A DNA stretch of 63,413 bases, the filler included, from Saprolegnia diclina VS20 (lineage: Eukaryota): assembly GCF_000281045.1 (NCBI RefSeq). It is 7 parts of 3 records of this genome, joined end to end, with 100 filler letters (N's around TTAATTAATTAA, not from the genome) between each part and the next. Parts side by side here need not be neighbours in the genome. Positions count along the whole stretch, not along the records: positions 1 to 17,273 come from NW_008246171.1; positions 17,374 to 38,106 come from NW_008246171.1; 5 more parts are not named here. One strand, 5' to 3'. The notes below the pieces were generated by a model that did not search any database, was not told where the DNA came from, and saw only the letters and a list, made by a program, of their open reading frames with translations. Shown in pieces: positions 13,607 through 28,570 of this stretch; the stretch's first letter is position 1, and each line of letters opens with the position of its first letter. Position numbers and translations under genes: made by a program.

Positions 13607-13625
13607 GGCAAAATGGGAAATGAAG
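13607..13625 (-). promoter_or_regulatory. Oomycete Inr/FPR core promoter of PAP copy 2
   Basis: Minus strand reads CTTCATTTCCCATTTTGCC just upstream of ATG 13591, which supports 13591 rather than 13639 as the start. Confidence 0.55.
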
Positions 13626-16600
13626 AGCATGGCGACCAACGAACATAGCTCTAGTGCCTTCTAAACGTATTAGGCTAGCAACTTTAGCGGTTTTACTACT
13701 AGCGTTCGGGTAGCATATGCCATGTCAAAACGTCGTTGGGCTTGGACAGGTAACGTACGGTATACCACTGCTCCAGGATGCGAGTCGTTTAGGATAACTT
13801 GGGAAACCACTATTGTGGTCCGTATCGAGGCTTTGTCCAGAGATCTGAACGCTCGCGGCGCCACGTATGTGTTTGTACGTTGTGGCACGGATGCGTCTAT
13901 CTTGATCTATGTATATCAACGAATCTTCGGCCTTTGGCAACAAAAGTGAAAACAGATGTCTTCACGCCAACCAATCAAAAGACGTTTTTCGGATCTTGGT
14001 CGCAAGTTGGATCGCTCGACATCCGACCACGGCGTTTTGTGAGCAGGTACTCAATGAATTTGGATCTTGTGGGATCATCCAAGTGACATTAGACTTGGTA
14101 CTAGTTTATAGCACTTGACGGCAACGACAGCTATTCCATGTCCAAGGTGCGGGTCAATGACACGTTTACCTATTTATCGATCGCGCAAGTAAAGGAGAAT
14201 ACACGACCACGTCGATTCAAGCACGTTATCCAAGCTCATCTTTCAATCGCAATATACGCTACGTTTTAGCAGCTCTGCATGTAGAAAAAACACTATAGAA
14301 ATTACAACGTAGCGGGACGATATCAGCGCAGCTGCCCTGGGCTCACCCTTGCACGCAAGAGGAAGCGACAGAGCCTCACGAGGTGCGATGGGTGCCGTCT
14401 TGCGACGGTGCAGATTCGATTTCAAAAGCCCAGCACTTGTCATACACAGCATCCAATTAACGACAGGTGGATGTTGGCTACTTCACGATCCCCTGCAAAT
14501 ATGAATCTCGGCCACAAGCGCGCGACAGAAGCTCCTACGGTACTAGCGATGAGCGATAAAGACGTGAGCTTGCCGGCGCTGTAGATTTCCTGTGTCCTAG
14601 AAACGGTATGGCGAAAAATCTCCGAAGGTAACCACACGCGACTGGGCCTGTAACATCATCATGTGTGCTGCAACGACCTTACACGGAACAAAATTGTGGG
14701 TTTGCAGTCTTGTGCTATGCAATATTCTTGTCGTGCGCGTTAATATCGTGTGTCACAAAACGTGTGGGCGGAGATAGCCTGTGCCGCCGTGGCCCTACAC
14801 TGCCATCCATCCATGCGAGCTCCGTGTATTATTTCGGGACGTGTAGTCGCGGTTTGCTACGAATAGGAAGCGCCCGTCGAGATCGTTCTCTTCTCGCCGT
14901 GGGCTACGAAAATTCACTCGGCAGCTACAGTGTACAGTATGAGAGACGAACGCTGAACGTTGCACATTGGTCCCCGGAGTTATTACCACGGGCACATGAC
15001 CATTAATCTTGAAGATTAGCGTCCTGTTATAATTGATGACGTCATGACGGCGATGACTTTGGCGAGATGCGTTGCTTTCGAGACTGCGGGAACTTATCGT
15101 TTTGAGCCAACTGTTGAACACTGTTGTCTCTATGTTCTCGTCACCTTTCCAGCACGATGGTCGAGAATGGTGTTGATACCGTCATGGCTGACCACAGTTG
15201 ATCTGGCTGGCTTTGCGAACGAGTATGGCGTTTCTCTTGGCAGCAGGCACTTGGCAGCGAGAGTGCCACGTCGATCCCTGGGACCCAGGAAGGGGCCCTA
15301 CATAAAAGCAGACAAACCTCTTGCATTCGATACAATATGTTTTCATCGAATACAAGAGGTGTGGACATGGTATGTCCAGAGGTTGCAGCAAGGTTGCAGT
15401 GTGGCCAGATCCGACCAACCACATAGCCGTGCGCGGTGGTCGTTCACTCTGGCATCAAGCTGACACAAATTGCACCGTGTTCAAGCTGTAGCGGACTTCT
15501 CGAGCCACTCATCTGCGTTGGATGATCTTGTCGGCCGTGCTAGACAAGTACCAGCAGTAGTGCTCGCCCCGGCTACATCACCACGAAGCACAACATTGAA
15601 GGTAAGGTCCGGTCTAGCGTCATCTGCCTATTTGACAAGAATCGGGAAGAAAAAATGAAGCGCACGCGAGCCATCGGGAGCCGGAACATCCCGAACCAAC
15701 CGGAGTTGGTCTTGCGATACAAGTACCATTTCAATGCGGCAAACAGCGAGCACGTTCGCGCAACGATGCTGATCGTCTGATTTGCGGCAAGCGAGCTGAT
15801 CTGATCACGAGCGCAGCATCCGGATCACTTGCTGTTCGTTCGGATCATTCGACTGTTTGTTCTGATAAATCTGCCGAATTTGTGATCACANNNNNNNNNN
15901 NNNNNNNNNNNNNNNNNNNNNNNNNNNNNNNNNNNNNNNNNNNNNNNNNNNNNNNNNNNNNNNNNNNNNNNNNNNNNNNNNNNNNNNNNNNNNNNNNNNN
16001 NNNNNNNNNNNNNNNNNNNNNNNNNNNNNNNNNNNNNNNNNNNNNNNNNNNNNNNNNNNNNNNNNNNNNNNNNNNNNNNNNNNNNNNNNNNNNNNNNNNN
16101 NNNNNNNNNNNNNNNNNNNNNNNNNNNNNNNNNNNNNNNNNNNNNNNNNNNNNNNNNNNNNNNNNNNNNNNNNNNNNNNNNNNNNNNNNNNNNNNNNNNN
16201 NNNNNNNNNNNNNNNNNNNNNNNNNNNNNNNNNNNNNNNNNNNNNNNNNNNNNNNNNNNNNNNNNNNNNNNNNNNNNNNNNNNNNNNNNNNNNNNNNNNN
16301 NNNNNNNNNNNNNNNNNNNNNNNNNNNNNNNNNNNNNNNNNNNNNNNNNNNNNNNNNNNNNNNNNNNNNNNNNNNNNNNNNNNNNNNNNNNNNNNNNNNN
16401 NNNNNNNNNNCACGCACTCTCGATGCAAAAACCGAAAGCGACGAAGGCTCGACACAAAAATCTGCTCCTCGTCTTGGACAAGGTCCTCGAGAACGCTGGT
16501 GATCGCGCTGTCGACAACTTGTCGAGTATAGTCGATGACGACCGGTGCATAAATTTGTGACGCCGTGACTGGCCGTGCCAGAAGTGCCCCAAGCGTAGTT

Positions 16601-16911
16601 TCTTCATTTTGGCGAGTTTAGAGCTGCAAAAGGCACCAAATTAAAGGTAATGATACGGCCTTCCTCCTCATCTAGCTAAAAATTCACTAACTATCGTCTA
16701 TGAAGCGACAGATCGACCAACGTGCTTGGATGGGTCGTGCAGCATTACTTCGCTCTCGGGTCGCACGAACCAGCCAATCCGCTGCCTCGAACGAAACGAA
16801 TTATTCACCTTCTCAGGGTCGTAGCACCGAGCTGTCGGCACTCAACCAGAGTACAACTGCAAGTAGACAACACCAAGTAAATTCAACACAGCGACTGTGG
16901 CACGCGGTGTA

Positions 16912-17077
16912 CACTACCGGACGAATTACAGCGGCGAGTGGGACGTTGCATAAAAGCGCTCGGTGGTGACTCAGGTCTCCTTTAAGCTTATATTTTGTAT
17001 GAAGGTTTGATGAACTATTCGGTTCTGTCGGTTCGTTATGCAACGTCCCACTCGCCGCTGTAATTCGTCCGGCAGTG
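16912..17077. mobile_element. 166-bp MITE, Tc1/mariner-type
   Basis: 42-bp terminal inverted repeats (CACTRCCGGACGAATTACAGCGGCGAGTGGGACGTTGCATAA, one mismatch) flanked by TA on both sides. Confidence 0.8.
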
Positions 17078-17273
17078 TAGCGTGTCGCTATCAGAATGTG
17101 GTAGTGACACAACGTGGGACTTGCGATAGCGTCTTGTGCAAGCACCTGATCAGGTCGGAATCTTTCAGAACTGCACAACATGTAATACCTACGGTAGCTA
17201 GGTGCACGGTGCCAAGCGAAGAAGCGAGAGGAGCTTGGACAAAGAACGGTGACGTTCTTGAGTCCGCTGTTGT

Positions 17274-17373
17274 NNNNNNNNNNNNNNNNNNNNNNNNNNN
17301 NNNNNNNNNNNNNNNNNTTAATTAATTAANNNNNNNNNNNNNNNNNNNNNNNNNNNNNNNNNNNNNNNNNNNN
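17274..17373. other. Artificial contig linker (N44-TTAATTAATTAA-N44)
   Basis: The identical 100-bp construct recurs at 38107-38206, 43671-43770, 46160-46259, 53291-53390 and 61871-61970; the core gives stops in all six frames. Confidence 0.97.
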
Positions 17374-17380
17374 TCGCTAG

Positions 17381-18598
<1,218 letters not shown>

Positions 18599-19148
18599 TG
18601 CGATGTCATTGCCCGTGCTCTTGGCATGATCGGTCCGCTGTGCGCGACGTAGCGTCATATTATAAGCAACGTGATCTTTGTTTGGTATCTTGGCTTTGGC
18701 GGTGGTGGTGCTGTTTTGGGACGATAGTTCTTGGTCCACGCCTCCAACGCCGACGCGACATAGCACATTCAGTTGGCCGAAGAGTGTTGTGTTGGCATGC
18801 AAAGTTGTACCGATTCTGATTTCAAAGTGCGCCATTGCAGTTCGAGCTGGCGAGCAGGGTCGCCCAGAAAAGACTGGAACACCTTGCTGCCTGCATCGTT
18901 GCTCATTTATATACGAACGTGTTTCGCGTTATCTTCGTTGTTATTATACAAAGACTAGCCATCTCCTCATAAATCAGTACAATCGAAATCTGATGGCCAA
19001 TCTGAGATCGACGCACAGCCTAATGTTGGCGAGTTCCGCGCACCGATAGTATCTCGTCAAGGGCTCGTCTAAAATCTCCAACACACAACTCCACAATGCC
19101 CCGGGGATACAATGACAGTACTGGAGTGTCTTAAATAGGAGTATTTGT

Positions 19149-20842
19149 TTAATATAATTCGAGATTTTGCTGCCACGAGAACGCCATGAGCGCAACGTAG
19201 CCGAGCACGACAAGCACGCCGAATAACGTGGCGCCGCCGCGCTGCTTCATCAGAGCCAGCGGGATTTTCTGTGACGGCAGCAAGATGATCCAGACAAGAC
19301 CGATAAACTGGATCGCAAACGCAATAAGGTGCATGTAGGCGACGCGATGCTTGGTCTCTGCGTCGTTCTTCAAGCTCATCGTGGCGGGAAAGCCGTCGAG
19401 GAGCCACGAGCGCACCTTGTTAGCGATCGGCACGTTGAGGTCGCGGATCGAGGCCCAAAGACCCGCCATGACGGCTTCGTAGCCGACGCCGGCCATCTCG
19501 ACCATGAGAAATCCCATGATGAGGTTGATGACGGCAACAGGAATGCCCGTGAGCACGAGCAGCACCGAGTAGAGGTACGCGTTGCGCGAGACGTCGCAGA
19601 CGACAAAGAACGTGGCGAGGGCCATGAGCACAATGTTGGAAAACGTGGAGACGGCGAGGACGCGGCGCCAGTTCCACTGCAGCGCAAAGCGGCCGTAGTA
19701 CATGGTCGCCGAGATGAAGAGGAGACGCGGCGTGATGTTGATCCAGCCCATGTCGAGGTGGGTGACCCACGATAAAATTGGCGAGCCCGAGATCATTGAG
19801 AAGAGGTTGAAGGCGAAGCGGAACGCGAGCAGCTGCGCGATGCCGCGGTTGTGCAGCAGCTTCCAGAGACCCGACGACCAGCGCTGGGACGACGACGACG
19901 ATTCTTGCTTGGTGAGCGTGGGCTTGGTGTCGTGAAACATACCAATGACGAGGCCGAGACCGAGCAGCGCCATCGAGATGGCAAAGTAATAGGCGACGTT
20001 GGGACCGGCCGAGAAGTCGTACGTGCCGCCGTAGCGCTTGCCGTTGAGGAAAAACTGGTTGAAGAAGCGCGCGTTGAGACCGCCCGACCCCGTCGTCGCG
20101 TACGTCATGACCATGATCTGGCCGCGCGTAACAATGGGCTCCCGCTGCGAGTACTCGATGAGAAGCCCGTCGGCCGACGCAGCCACAATGACGACGCCGA
20201 GCGTGGCCACGAGCATCGGGATGCGGTACCAGCTCACGCGGTCCGGCGCGCCAAAGTCGTACGCCGCTTTNNNNNNNNNNNNNNNNNNNNNNNNNNNNNN
20301 NNNNNNNNNNNNNNNNNNNNNNNNNNNNNNNNNNNNNNNNNNNNNNNNNNNNNNNNNNNNNNNNNNNNNNNNNNNNNNNNNNNNNNNNNNNNNNNNNNNN
20401 NNNNNNNNNNNNNNNNNNNNNNNNNNNNNNNNNNNNNNNNNNNNNNNNNNNNNNNNNNNNNNNNNNNNNNNNNNNNNNNNNNNNNNNNNNNNNNNNNNNN
20501 NNNNNNNNNNNNNNNNNNNNNNNNNNNNNNNNNNNNNNNNNNNNNNNNNNNNNNNNNNNNNNNNNNNNNNNNNNNNNNNNNNNNNNNNNNNNNNNNNGTG
20601 AAGAGGTAGATCTTGAGCGGCGGCAGAAGGTTTTGCATGAGCACGGCGAGGGCTTGCTGCAGGTAGAGTGCGAATGCGGGCACCGACATGGTGGCGATCG
20701 CCGGGCCGGGCGCCAACGCGGCGGAGGTCTCGTCTTCATCGTCCGAGATGTTGGTGATGCTGATGGCCGTGACGTCGGTCTCGAACTGGTAGTCGGCGCT
20801 GGGGTCTTCGAGCATGGGCGGTGTCGACATGATGTACGCCAT
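19149..20842 (-). CDS. Folate-biopterin transporter (BT1/FBT, MFS) family, copy 1 (spans gap)
   Basis: Multi-TM protein with ASADGLLIEYSQREP..RGQI, WNWRR, EMAGVGYEA and LLPSQK motifs. The N-terminus lies beyond gap 20271-20597. Confidence 0.75.
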
Positions 20843-21680
20843 GACCCGCAAAAACTATAGTGGGCGACGCAATTTGTCTGCAATCGCAAGCGGCACGGTT
20901 GATGATGGAGGCGCGCTGATTGACGAATATGTGACACAGATGTCAAATATTTCTGGTGGGATTGCACCGGCCGGCTAGGTTTAACGCGTTCTATTCACGT
21001 TAAACGTGATGAGCGAACCAATGTGCGCTGACGGTCTGCGTGGCCGTGCCACGGAGCCGCTCCAAGCGATAGCACACAATGCATTAAATATCTGTGCACA
21101 AGGAATACACGCGCCGTACGATGCCGCGTGTGATCCCATTGGACAATGTCGGCCCCCACCGCTTTTGTCGTACCTGTTTAAACGCGTTCAATACCGTCCG
21201 GCTTGTTTGACGAAACAACCCACCGCATTACAGCGTCGGTAAGGGCGCGGAAGGTTTGGCTAATGCGGTTGTTTTCGAAACAATGCACATGCATCTCAGT
21301 CTGCATGCAAAATCGAGCGCTCTCCGTCATCATTTTATTGCAGCCGCAACTCGGTCTCCACCGTAAAGGAACGCCATTGGTTCGACTGAGATTCGTTCTA
21401 TGACGTGGCACTCTGAGACCCGTGTGACGAGGCAGGTGCGCATGATAACGATACGCAAATCAGTCCACCCCAGCCGCTCCAGTCCCATACTGACGTGGCA
21501 AAGAGAGTAGTCTTGAGATTGGTATCGAAGCCACAGAAAGGTGCTCACAGCGATGGAATGCGACGCCTGGTGGCACGGCGCAGGTTCGGTCACCGTAGAG
21601 CCAAGGTTTATCGCGTGATTTGCATGTCCGCAGTATATGCATTTGTGTTTAGTTTATTGGGAGGGCGTTAAATAGACAAG

Positions 21681-23341
21681 CTAGTACTTTTCGAGGGCTT
21701 GCTGCCACGAAAAGGTGACGAGCGCGACGTAACCAAGCACGACAAGCACACCCGCGACACGCGAGGCGCCGTGCGACTTCATCATGGCCAGTGGCGTCTT
21801 CTGCGACGGCAGCAGCACAAGCCAGATGAGGCCCACAACTTGGATCGAGAAGCCGATGATGTGCGGGTACGCGACTTGGTTGTGTGTGTGTGAGTCGTTC
21901 TTCATGCTCATGACGGCCGGGAACTCGTCGACGAGCGACGTGCGCACCTTGTTGGCGATCGGCACGTTGAGGTCGCGGATGGTGGCCCAGAGACCCGCAA
22001 TGACGGCTTCGTAGCCGACGCCGGCCATCTCGACCATGGCAAAGCCCGTGACGAGGTTGGTAATGGCAACTGGAATGCCCGTGAGCAAGAAGAGCGCTGT
22101 GAAAACCCACGCGTTGCGCGAGACGTCGTAGATGACAAAGAACGTGGCGAGGGCCATGAGCACAATGTTGGAGACGGTCGTGACGGCGACGACGCGGCGC
22201 CAGTTCCACTGCAGCGCAAAGCGGCCATAGTGGATCGTCGCCGGCACGAAGAGCATGCGCGGCGTGATGTTGATCCAACCCATGTCGAGGTTGGTGACCC
22301 ACGCGTAAATGGGGCTACCGGTGATCATGGCAAAGAGGTTGAACGCGAAGCGGAATGCGAGCAGCTGGAACACGACGCGACTCGTCAAGAGCGTCCAGAG
22401 CCCCGCCGACCAGGTGCGTAGGTCGTGCGACGCGCGCTTCTTGGAGTCGACAATGAGACCGAGGACGCATGTGAGGGCCGCCAGCGCCATGCCAACACCC
22501 ATCCAGTACGGGACGTTGGGACCCGCGGAGAAGTCGTAGTTGCCACCGTACCGGGCGCCGTTGAGAAAAAACTGGTTGAAGAAGCGCGCCATGAGACCGC
22601 CCGACCCCATGAGCGCGTACATAATGGCTTGGATTTGACCGCGGGTCGCAAATGGCTCGCGCTGCGCGTACTCGACCATGAGCCCGTCGACGGAGGCGGT
22701 CACGATGACGACGCCGAGCGTGGCCACGAGCNNNNNNNNNNNNNNNNNNNNNNNNNNNNNNNNNNNNNNNNNNNNNNNNNNNNNNNNNNNNNNNNNNNNN
22801 NNNNNNNNNNNNNNNNNNNNNNNNNNNNNNNNNNNNNNNNNNNNNNNNNNNNNNNNNNNNNNNNNNNNNNNNNNNNNNNNNNNNNNNNNNNNNNNNNNNN
22901 NNNNNNNNNNNNNNNNNNNNNNNNNNNNNNNNNNNNNNCGTCCGAGAGAATCGCAAAGAAGACGCGGAAGGTCCACGCAATGTTCTCGAGCGCGGTGAGC
23001 TGCCACACATGTGTGGTCGACCCGTGGAGGTAGGCCGTGAAGAGGTAGATCTTGAGCGGCGGCAGGAGGTTCTGCAAGCAAGATACCGCGATCATCTGCA
23101 GATAGAGGGCGATGGCCGGCATCGAGAAGATGTGGATGGGTGCGCCCGGCGCGAGTGCTGTCGAGTTGTCGTCGTCAGTGTCACCTTCTTTGCCCGACTC
23201 GCTCGCGTCGTTGGTGGGCGACAGGCTTCGCCACTCGTCGCCGTCGACGTCGCGGTCAACGTCGGGGTTGCTGTGCCGGGTGTAGTCGAGCATCGGCGGG
23301 CTCGGTGGCGGCGTCGGGATCACAAAGGCCGGTGTGGTCAT
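21681..23341 (-). CDS. Folate-biopterin transporter (BT1/FBT, MFS) family, copy 2 (spans gap)
   Basis: Tandem paralogue of copy 1, with WTFRVFFAILSD, VDGLMVEYAQREP and EMAGVGYEA motifs. Confidence 0.75.
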
Positions 23342-23355
23342 GCAGACGAGGAAAT

Positions 23356-23371
23356 AAATTGAAAACTGAGC
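23356..23371 (-). promoter_or_regulatory. Oomycete Inr/FPR core promoter of FBT copy 2
   Basis: Minus strand reads GCTCAGTTTTCAATTT 14 nt upstream of ATG 23341. Confidence 0.55.
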
Positions 23372-24902
23372 GTCGTGACCCGCGTCGCAGGACATTATTG
23401 TGCGGCGGCGTTGACGCAACATGGGACAAAGGATCGATTTCAGTCCCATGTGTTTAGCGCGTTTTTACGACCACCAACGCGTTTTTTATATGACACAGCC
23501 GCGTCGATTACATGACGCGGGAGACGGATCAAGACGGGCATGAGTGCTTGTGGGCAATGCATGTTTGGAGTGATGGGACGGCCACTCGGCCCAAAGCACG
23601 ACGACCTCGAACAGACAGGACTCTCGCTGTGCGCACTAGGATGTGAACCCTGCGCTATCCCTTCGTACAGTACATGGGCCTTGATGCGCCATCTCCGAAT
23701 CATTCCGAGTCATAATCAATCCCGCGCACCTGAGCTGCGATGGCAATACACGGACCACGGAATGCAGCGGCAACGTAATCCAGTGGTGCCGTGCGCCATC
23801 TGTTTAAACTCCAATAAAACGCGTTATAGACCGATGACGAAATCGTAAACGACCGCAAAGCGTCAGCCCGCATTACACAACTCTGTCAGTGCGACGACAC
23901 TTGATATGAGTATGCACTCCAGCGACTGCACAGAAGCTGCAGGTTGAAGAGACAACCTCAAGCGCGGCGACCAATATTTCCGACCGCTAAGGGCAGACTC
24001 GCCTCATAGAGACGCAAGGGAGCGACTGGCGGCTTGCAGTTGCCGTGGGCGACAACGCGTGAGCAATTTGCGGCCCGTATTACTCCTATTCCTCTGCACG
24101 AGATTCCACCGCGGCGCCACTGTGTGGTCGTCAACAAGAAAGCAATCAGATCTGCGTCGTAAGCGCCTTCAGCTGGCTTGCGTAGGGTCGATGTTGCTCT
24201 GCTTCAGCCCTTGTGCCAAGAGCTCCAGCGGGCTTGTATGCGGTCGGAGTTGTGGTGGCGTTGGTCGTCGAGACACAACGTCGATCAGAGACAGACAGAG
24301 CGAAGAGAGATGCTCGCTCATTACGCACAGAGCGTCTCGCATGATTCCTTCGTTATAGCCGAGCGCAGGTCGTGACGCCTGAGATTCGAGTCCCAACTCG
24401 AGTGAATACCAAAGGACGTTGGTCACGGCAAGTGCTGACCCGCGGACTCGTTTGACCGTCATCACGTGACACATAGCCACGCTCTTGCACGAACGCATTT
24501 AAGCCAACGCTGAGGCGCCTATGTGAGTTGCATTCACCGCCGGCCGCTTCTGCCGGGACTCGTGCGCGAGTCAGCTTGCTCTACTCAAGGACGTTGCTGC
24601 CAAATTGTGGCTGTCACGCTCTTGGTTCACCAGACGACCGCCATGACTTCAACAAACCGGGCCAAGTGCAATCGTAGACTCTCGGCAACCAAAGTGGGCG
24701 CGCCTGGCAGAGTCTTGTGCGTAGGAGACCGAGGAAGCATCTGCACGTACTAGTAGTGTGTTGCGAGCGACATACGCTTGTGATGACAAGCAAAAGTCGT
24801 TTGGGCGCTAAGCTATCACCCACGTCGGATGTGATTGGGTCTAAACGGGGTATTTCAGCCAATAAAATCCATTTGGCCAGAAAGACGATTGCCAAACGAG
24901 CA

Positions 24903-26135
24903 ATGGCGGCCGAGACCGTGGTGGACCCTACCGTGGACCGGCGCCTCGAGCACCAGCGCCTGCGCAACCGCATGAAGCAGCGCCGCCACAAGGCGCGCTA
25001 CGTCTCGGAGCGGCAGATCCTCGAGCAGCAGATCGAGGAGCTGAGCCTCGTCCTCGCAAAGCGCTCTGGCGCGCCCCGGGCCACGGTCGACGAGTCGGAC
25101 GAGAGCTCAGCCTTGTCGTGGCAGGACGTTGCGACGGCCCTTAGCGACGCCCGTCTTGAGGCCATGACGACGCTCGAGACGCTCCAGAAGCAGCACGCCA
25201 AGCTCCAAAAGACGTTTGTTGGCGCGCTCTCGATGGCCACGACGCTCAGCCGGCGCGACAACCTCACGGTACCGTCGCCTTGGCTCACATCTGGTGCGAT
25301 CGCCTCATGTAGATGCCTGCGCGCCACTTTGCCTTCCTCGATGCGACTCTGGCGGCCGACCCCGCGGCGCGGCGCCTCGGCATGGACTGGTTCTCGCAGC
25401 ACTTGTACCACAACACGGACCTCATGATGCAGTACGCGGCCTTCTCCCCCGTGGGCAACGAAGTCAAAAGCCTCACGCGCGACTGCGGCCCGGACCAGCT
25501 CGACCTCCTCTCGCGCATCCAGATCGACTACAACATGCCGCTCGAGTCTGCAAACGCGGCTGTCAATGGCCGCCTCTGGTCCATATTTCGGGGCGAAGTG
25601 CTGCCGTTCTACTCGGAGTACCTCGACCAGGACGTACGCCCCTGCTTTTTACGTGGATGTAAATGGCTCATATATCAACTCTGTAGATCACGGCGTCCAT
25701 CGACGCCAAGCTGCTGTATCGGCGCATGGTGCTGTCGGCGGGCGAAGCCAACTTCAACATCTCCCGCGAGTTCTCGACGCCCGATCGCATCGTCTTTGTC
25801 ATGGGCAGCTTTGCGCACGACGAACGCCAAGCGCGCAACGAAACGTGGATCCCGACCATGATCTGGTATGGATCTCTATGGATTCGGCTTCCATAACGTA
25901 CTAAAACGTGGATAGGGCGGTGCTCGAGCGGCGCGGGCCCACGACGTCGCGGCTGCGCATGGTCCTGTACAACGGCCCGCTATCGGTCCGCGGGTGCTTC
26001 ACGACGTGGCAAGAAGAGTTTGCAGAGCTCCTGTCGCCACCAGAAGAGCGCTCGATCGAGAGCTTTGGAGAAAGTCTCCAAGCCCAAACCCGCGCCAACA
26101 TCCTGGAAAAGTTTAGTACACTGTCGTTAAACTAG
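24903..26135 (+). CDS. bZIP-like oomycete protein, multi-exon, paralogue A
   Basis: Basic region RLRNRMKQRRHKARY followed by a leucine heptad. LSWQDVATAL and ARRLGMDWFSQHLYHNTD are shared with the gene at 31602-32797. Four short introns inferred. Confidence 0.65.
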
Positions 26136-26775
26136 CATTATCGTCCGTGAGAAATAGAGTTTATATGTGAAATAACGATAGTGTTTTGGGTTCCGAGCGT
26201 TTAAGTCGTTCGTTGCTCCTTTATTTGTAGCTTCGTACACGGTCGAGGTGTGAAGGCGGGCAAGTAGCGACGTGGACATACTCTGTCCACGGATGCCTCT
26301 ATCGAACTAGATCGTTTGTCCTACCCATTCCTACGCCAACAACCCTGCCCTGCAATGTGCACACCTCTACAAGTACAATCAGTTCTTAGTTGGCGCGTTC
26401 TCGACTGCCGCCTACCTCCTTCACGCAGTGCATCATCAACAGCAAGCCCAAAGCAACGAAAAAGCCAGAGCTGTCACGTCGGCTGCTCGAGACTTGCTGA
26501 ATCGCGTGCATGCGAGTGTCGATTCCTGCTTGGCGCAAGGTTTCAAAATGCCAAATGGGATCGGCGGTAAAATGGGTTAAACCTCGAGTAGTAGTAGTTG
26601 GATGCGTCCTGCCGCCAGTGTGTATGCGACGACCAACTACGTTGATCTCGGTTGACTCGTCGCTGCCCACGAGTCTTCCCCTGGCGCGTCGACGAGTTGC
26701 GCTCTCTCCCAATGTGGCGAGCTGGGACACCCGGCGGTCCGGACGGCGTATCCGGATCTCGGCCCCTTTCCATCA

Positions 26776-27996
26776 ATGGCATCCAATTGCAGAGAGGAAT
26801 TGGCAGCGATGACGACGACGACGGGCAAGACGATCGACGAGCTCATTGCGGCGTCGCCGATCTTTGACGCCGGCCTCTCCAAGGACTTTTACGAGCTCGG
26901 GCGCGTCATCGGCCGCGGCTCGTACTCGACCGTGCGCGTGGCCATCGAGAAGGCGACGCGCACCAAGTACGCGGCCAAGTGCATTCGCCGCGCCAACCTC
27001 AGCCTCGACGACGTCCACGCGCTCCTTGTCGAGGTCTCGGTGCTCAAGCAGGTAGCTTCTTTGTTGTTGCACGCGCAACGCTCAGGCGATCGATGTATAG
27101 ATGCACCACCGCAACATCATTGCGCTGCATCAAGTCTTTGCCGAGCCCGAATTCTTTGTGCTCGTGACCGAGTTTGTCGAGGGCGGCGAGCTCTTTGACC
27201 GGATCGTCGAGAAGACGTGCTACACGGAGCGCGAGGCCCGCGACGTGGTCAAGAGCCTCCTCGAGGTCACGGCGTACTGCCACGCCGCCAACATTGTCCA
27301 TCGCGACCTCAAGGTAGACATCTCTCCATCGTGCGTCGCTCAGAGGGGATGTAGCCCGAAAACATCTTGCTCGTCAACCGCGACGACCACACGTCGTTCA
27401 AGCTCGCCGACTTTGGTTTTGCAAAGCGCATTGCCGTCGACAGCGCGGGCCTCGTGACGGCGTGCGGCACGCCCGGCTACGTGGCGCCCGAAGTGCTCAT
27501 GGGCAAGCCGTACGGCGCCAGCGTTGATGTGTGGAGCATCGGCGTGATCACGTACATCCTCCTCTGCGGGTACCCGCCCTTCCACGACGAGAACCGGCCG
27601 GCGCTCTTTGCGCAGATCAAGGAGGGCGTGTTTCACTTCCACGAGCCGTACTGGGACGACGTCTCGGACGCAGCCAAGGACCTCATCACAAAAATGCTCA
27701 CCAAAGACCCGAAGGACCGCCCGACGACCGCCCAGCTCTTGCGCCACCCGTGGATCTCGGGCATCGACGTCGGCTCGGTCCAGCTCGACAACGCACTCAA
27801 CCAGCTGCGGCAGTTCAACGCGCGGCGCAAGCTCAAGGCGACGACGATCGCGGTGCTCAGCACCGTGGCCTTTGGCGTGCGCTCGGGCAGCCTCGGCGAC
27901 TCGTTCCGCAAGGCTGCGCAGCGCAGGCGCGACGACGACGACGTGACGTCGCCCGCGCAGATCCAAGTTGACATACAACCCAGCACAACGCTGTAG
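26776..27996 (+). CDS. CAMK1-like Ca/calmodulin-dependent protein kinase
   Basis: GRGSYSTV, AAK, HRDLK|PEN (introns 27052-27100 and 27314-27354), DFG, CGTPGYVAPE and the CaM-binding FNARRKLK tail. Confidence 0.93.
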
Positions 27997-28570
27997 AGAC
28001 CGATACAAATACTAGATCCTACTGTAGTACGCGGGTTCCTGCATATCGACGGCGCGCGGCTACTCGCGTTCACACCCTGGTTAGTAGCTGCGATAGTGGC
28101 TGGACCAAGAGCCTTTCACCCTCAGCCCCATTGCCGTCGCTCTGAGAGCTAGAAGGGGGCATCAAGGGGTGACGTGGCGGTGGCGCCATCGCTGCCAGCC
28201 GCGCCTGTACCCATGTTGAACTGCTCGTCTCGGCGATTTCGAAGCTCGGAGCTTTGGTCATTTTGGCGACCACTTCAACTCGTATCGAAGACTACAATAT
28301 ATCGATTGATAAAGGTTTATCAGATGTCTAAGATATGGACTGCAGAGGTGAAGGCATTCATTATGCAAATATATTGAAAGTAAAAGGTTTTGGGCCAAAT
28401 TCTTTTTTCTGGCATGCTTTTCACGCTGGGCCATACAAAGATCAATATAGAATTTCGCGTTTGCATTTTAATATCTAGGCTGATGTATTACACTATGGGT
28501 TTGTATGAAACAATGTTTAAAGTAATTAAATAGGCCAAGATCGGGGTTGAAGTTGACACATTCCAATTCG

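Noticed and set aside
15760..15890. Cluster of GATCA/CTGAT short repeats next to a gap
   Set aside because: Possibly a transposon subterminal region, but the boundary is hidden by Ns and no TIR or TSD can be shown.
17318..17329. TTAATTAATTAA palindrome recurring six times, as a regulatory or piggyBac site
   Set aside because: Always centred in exactly 44+44 Ns; an assembly linker.
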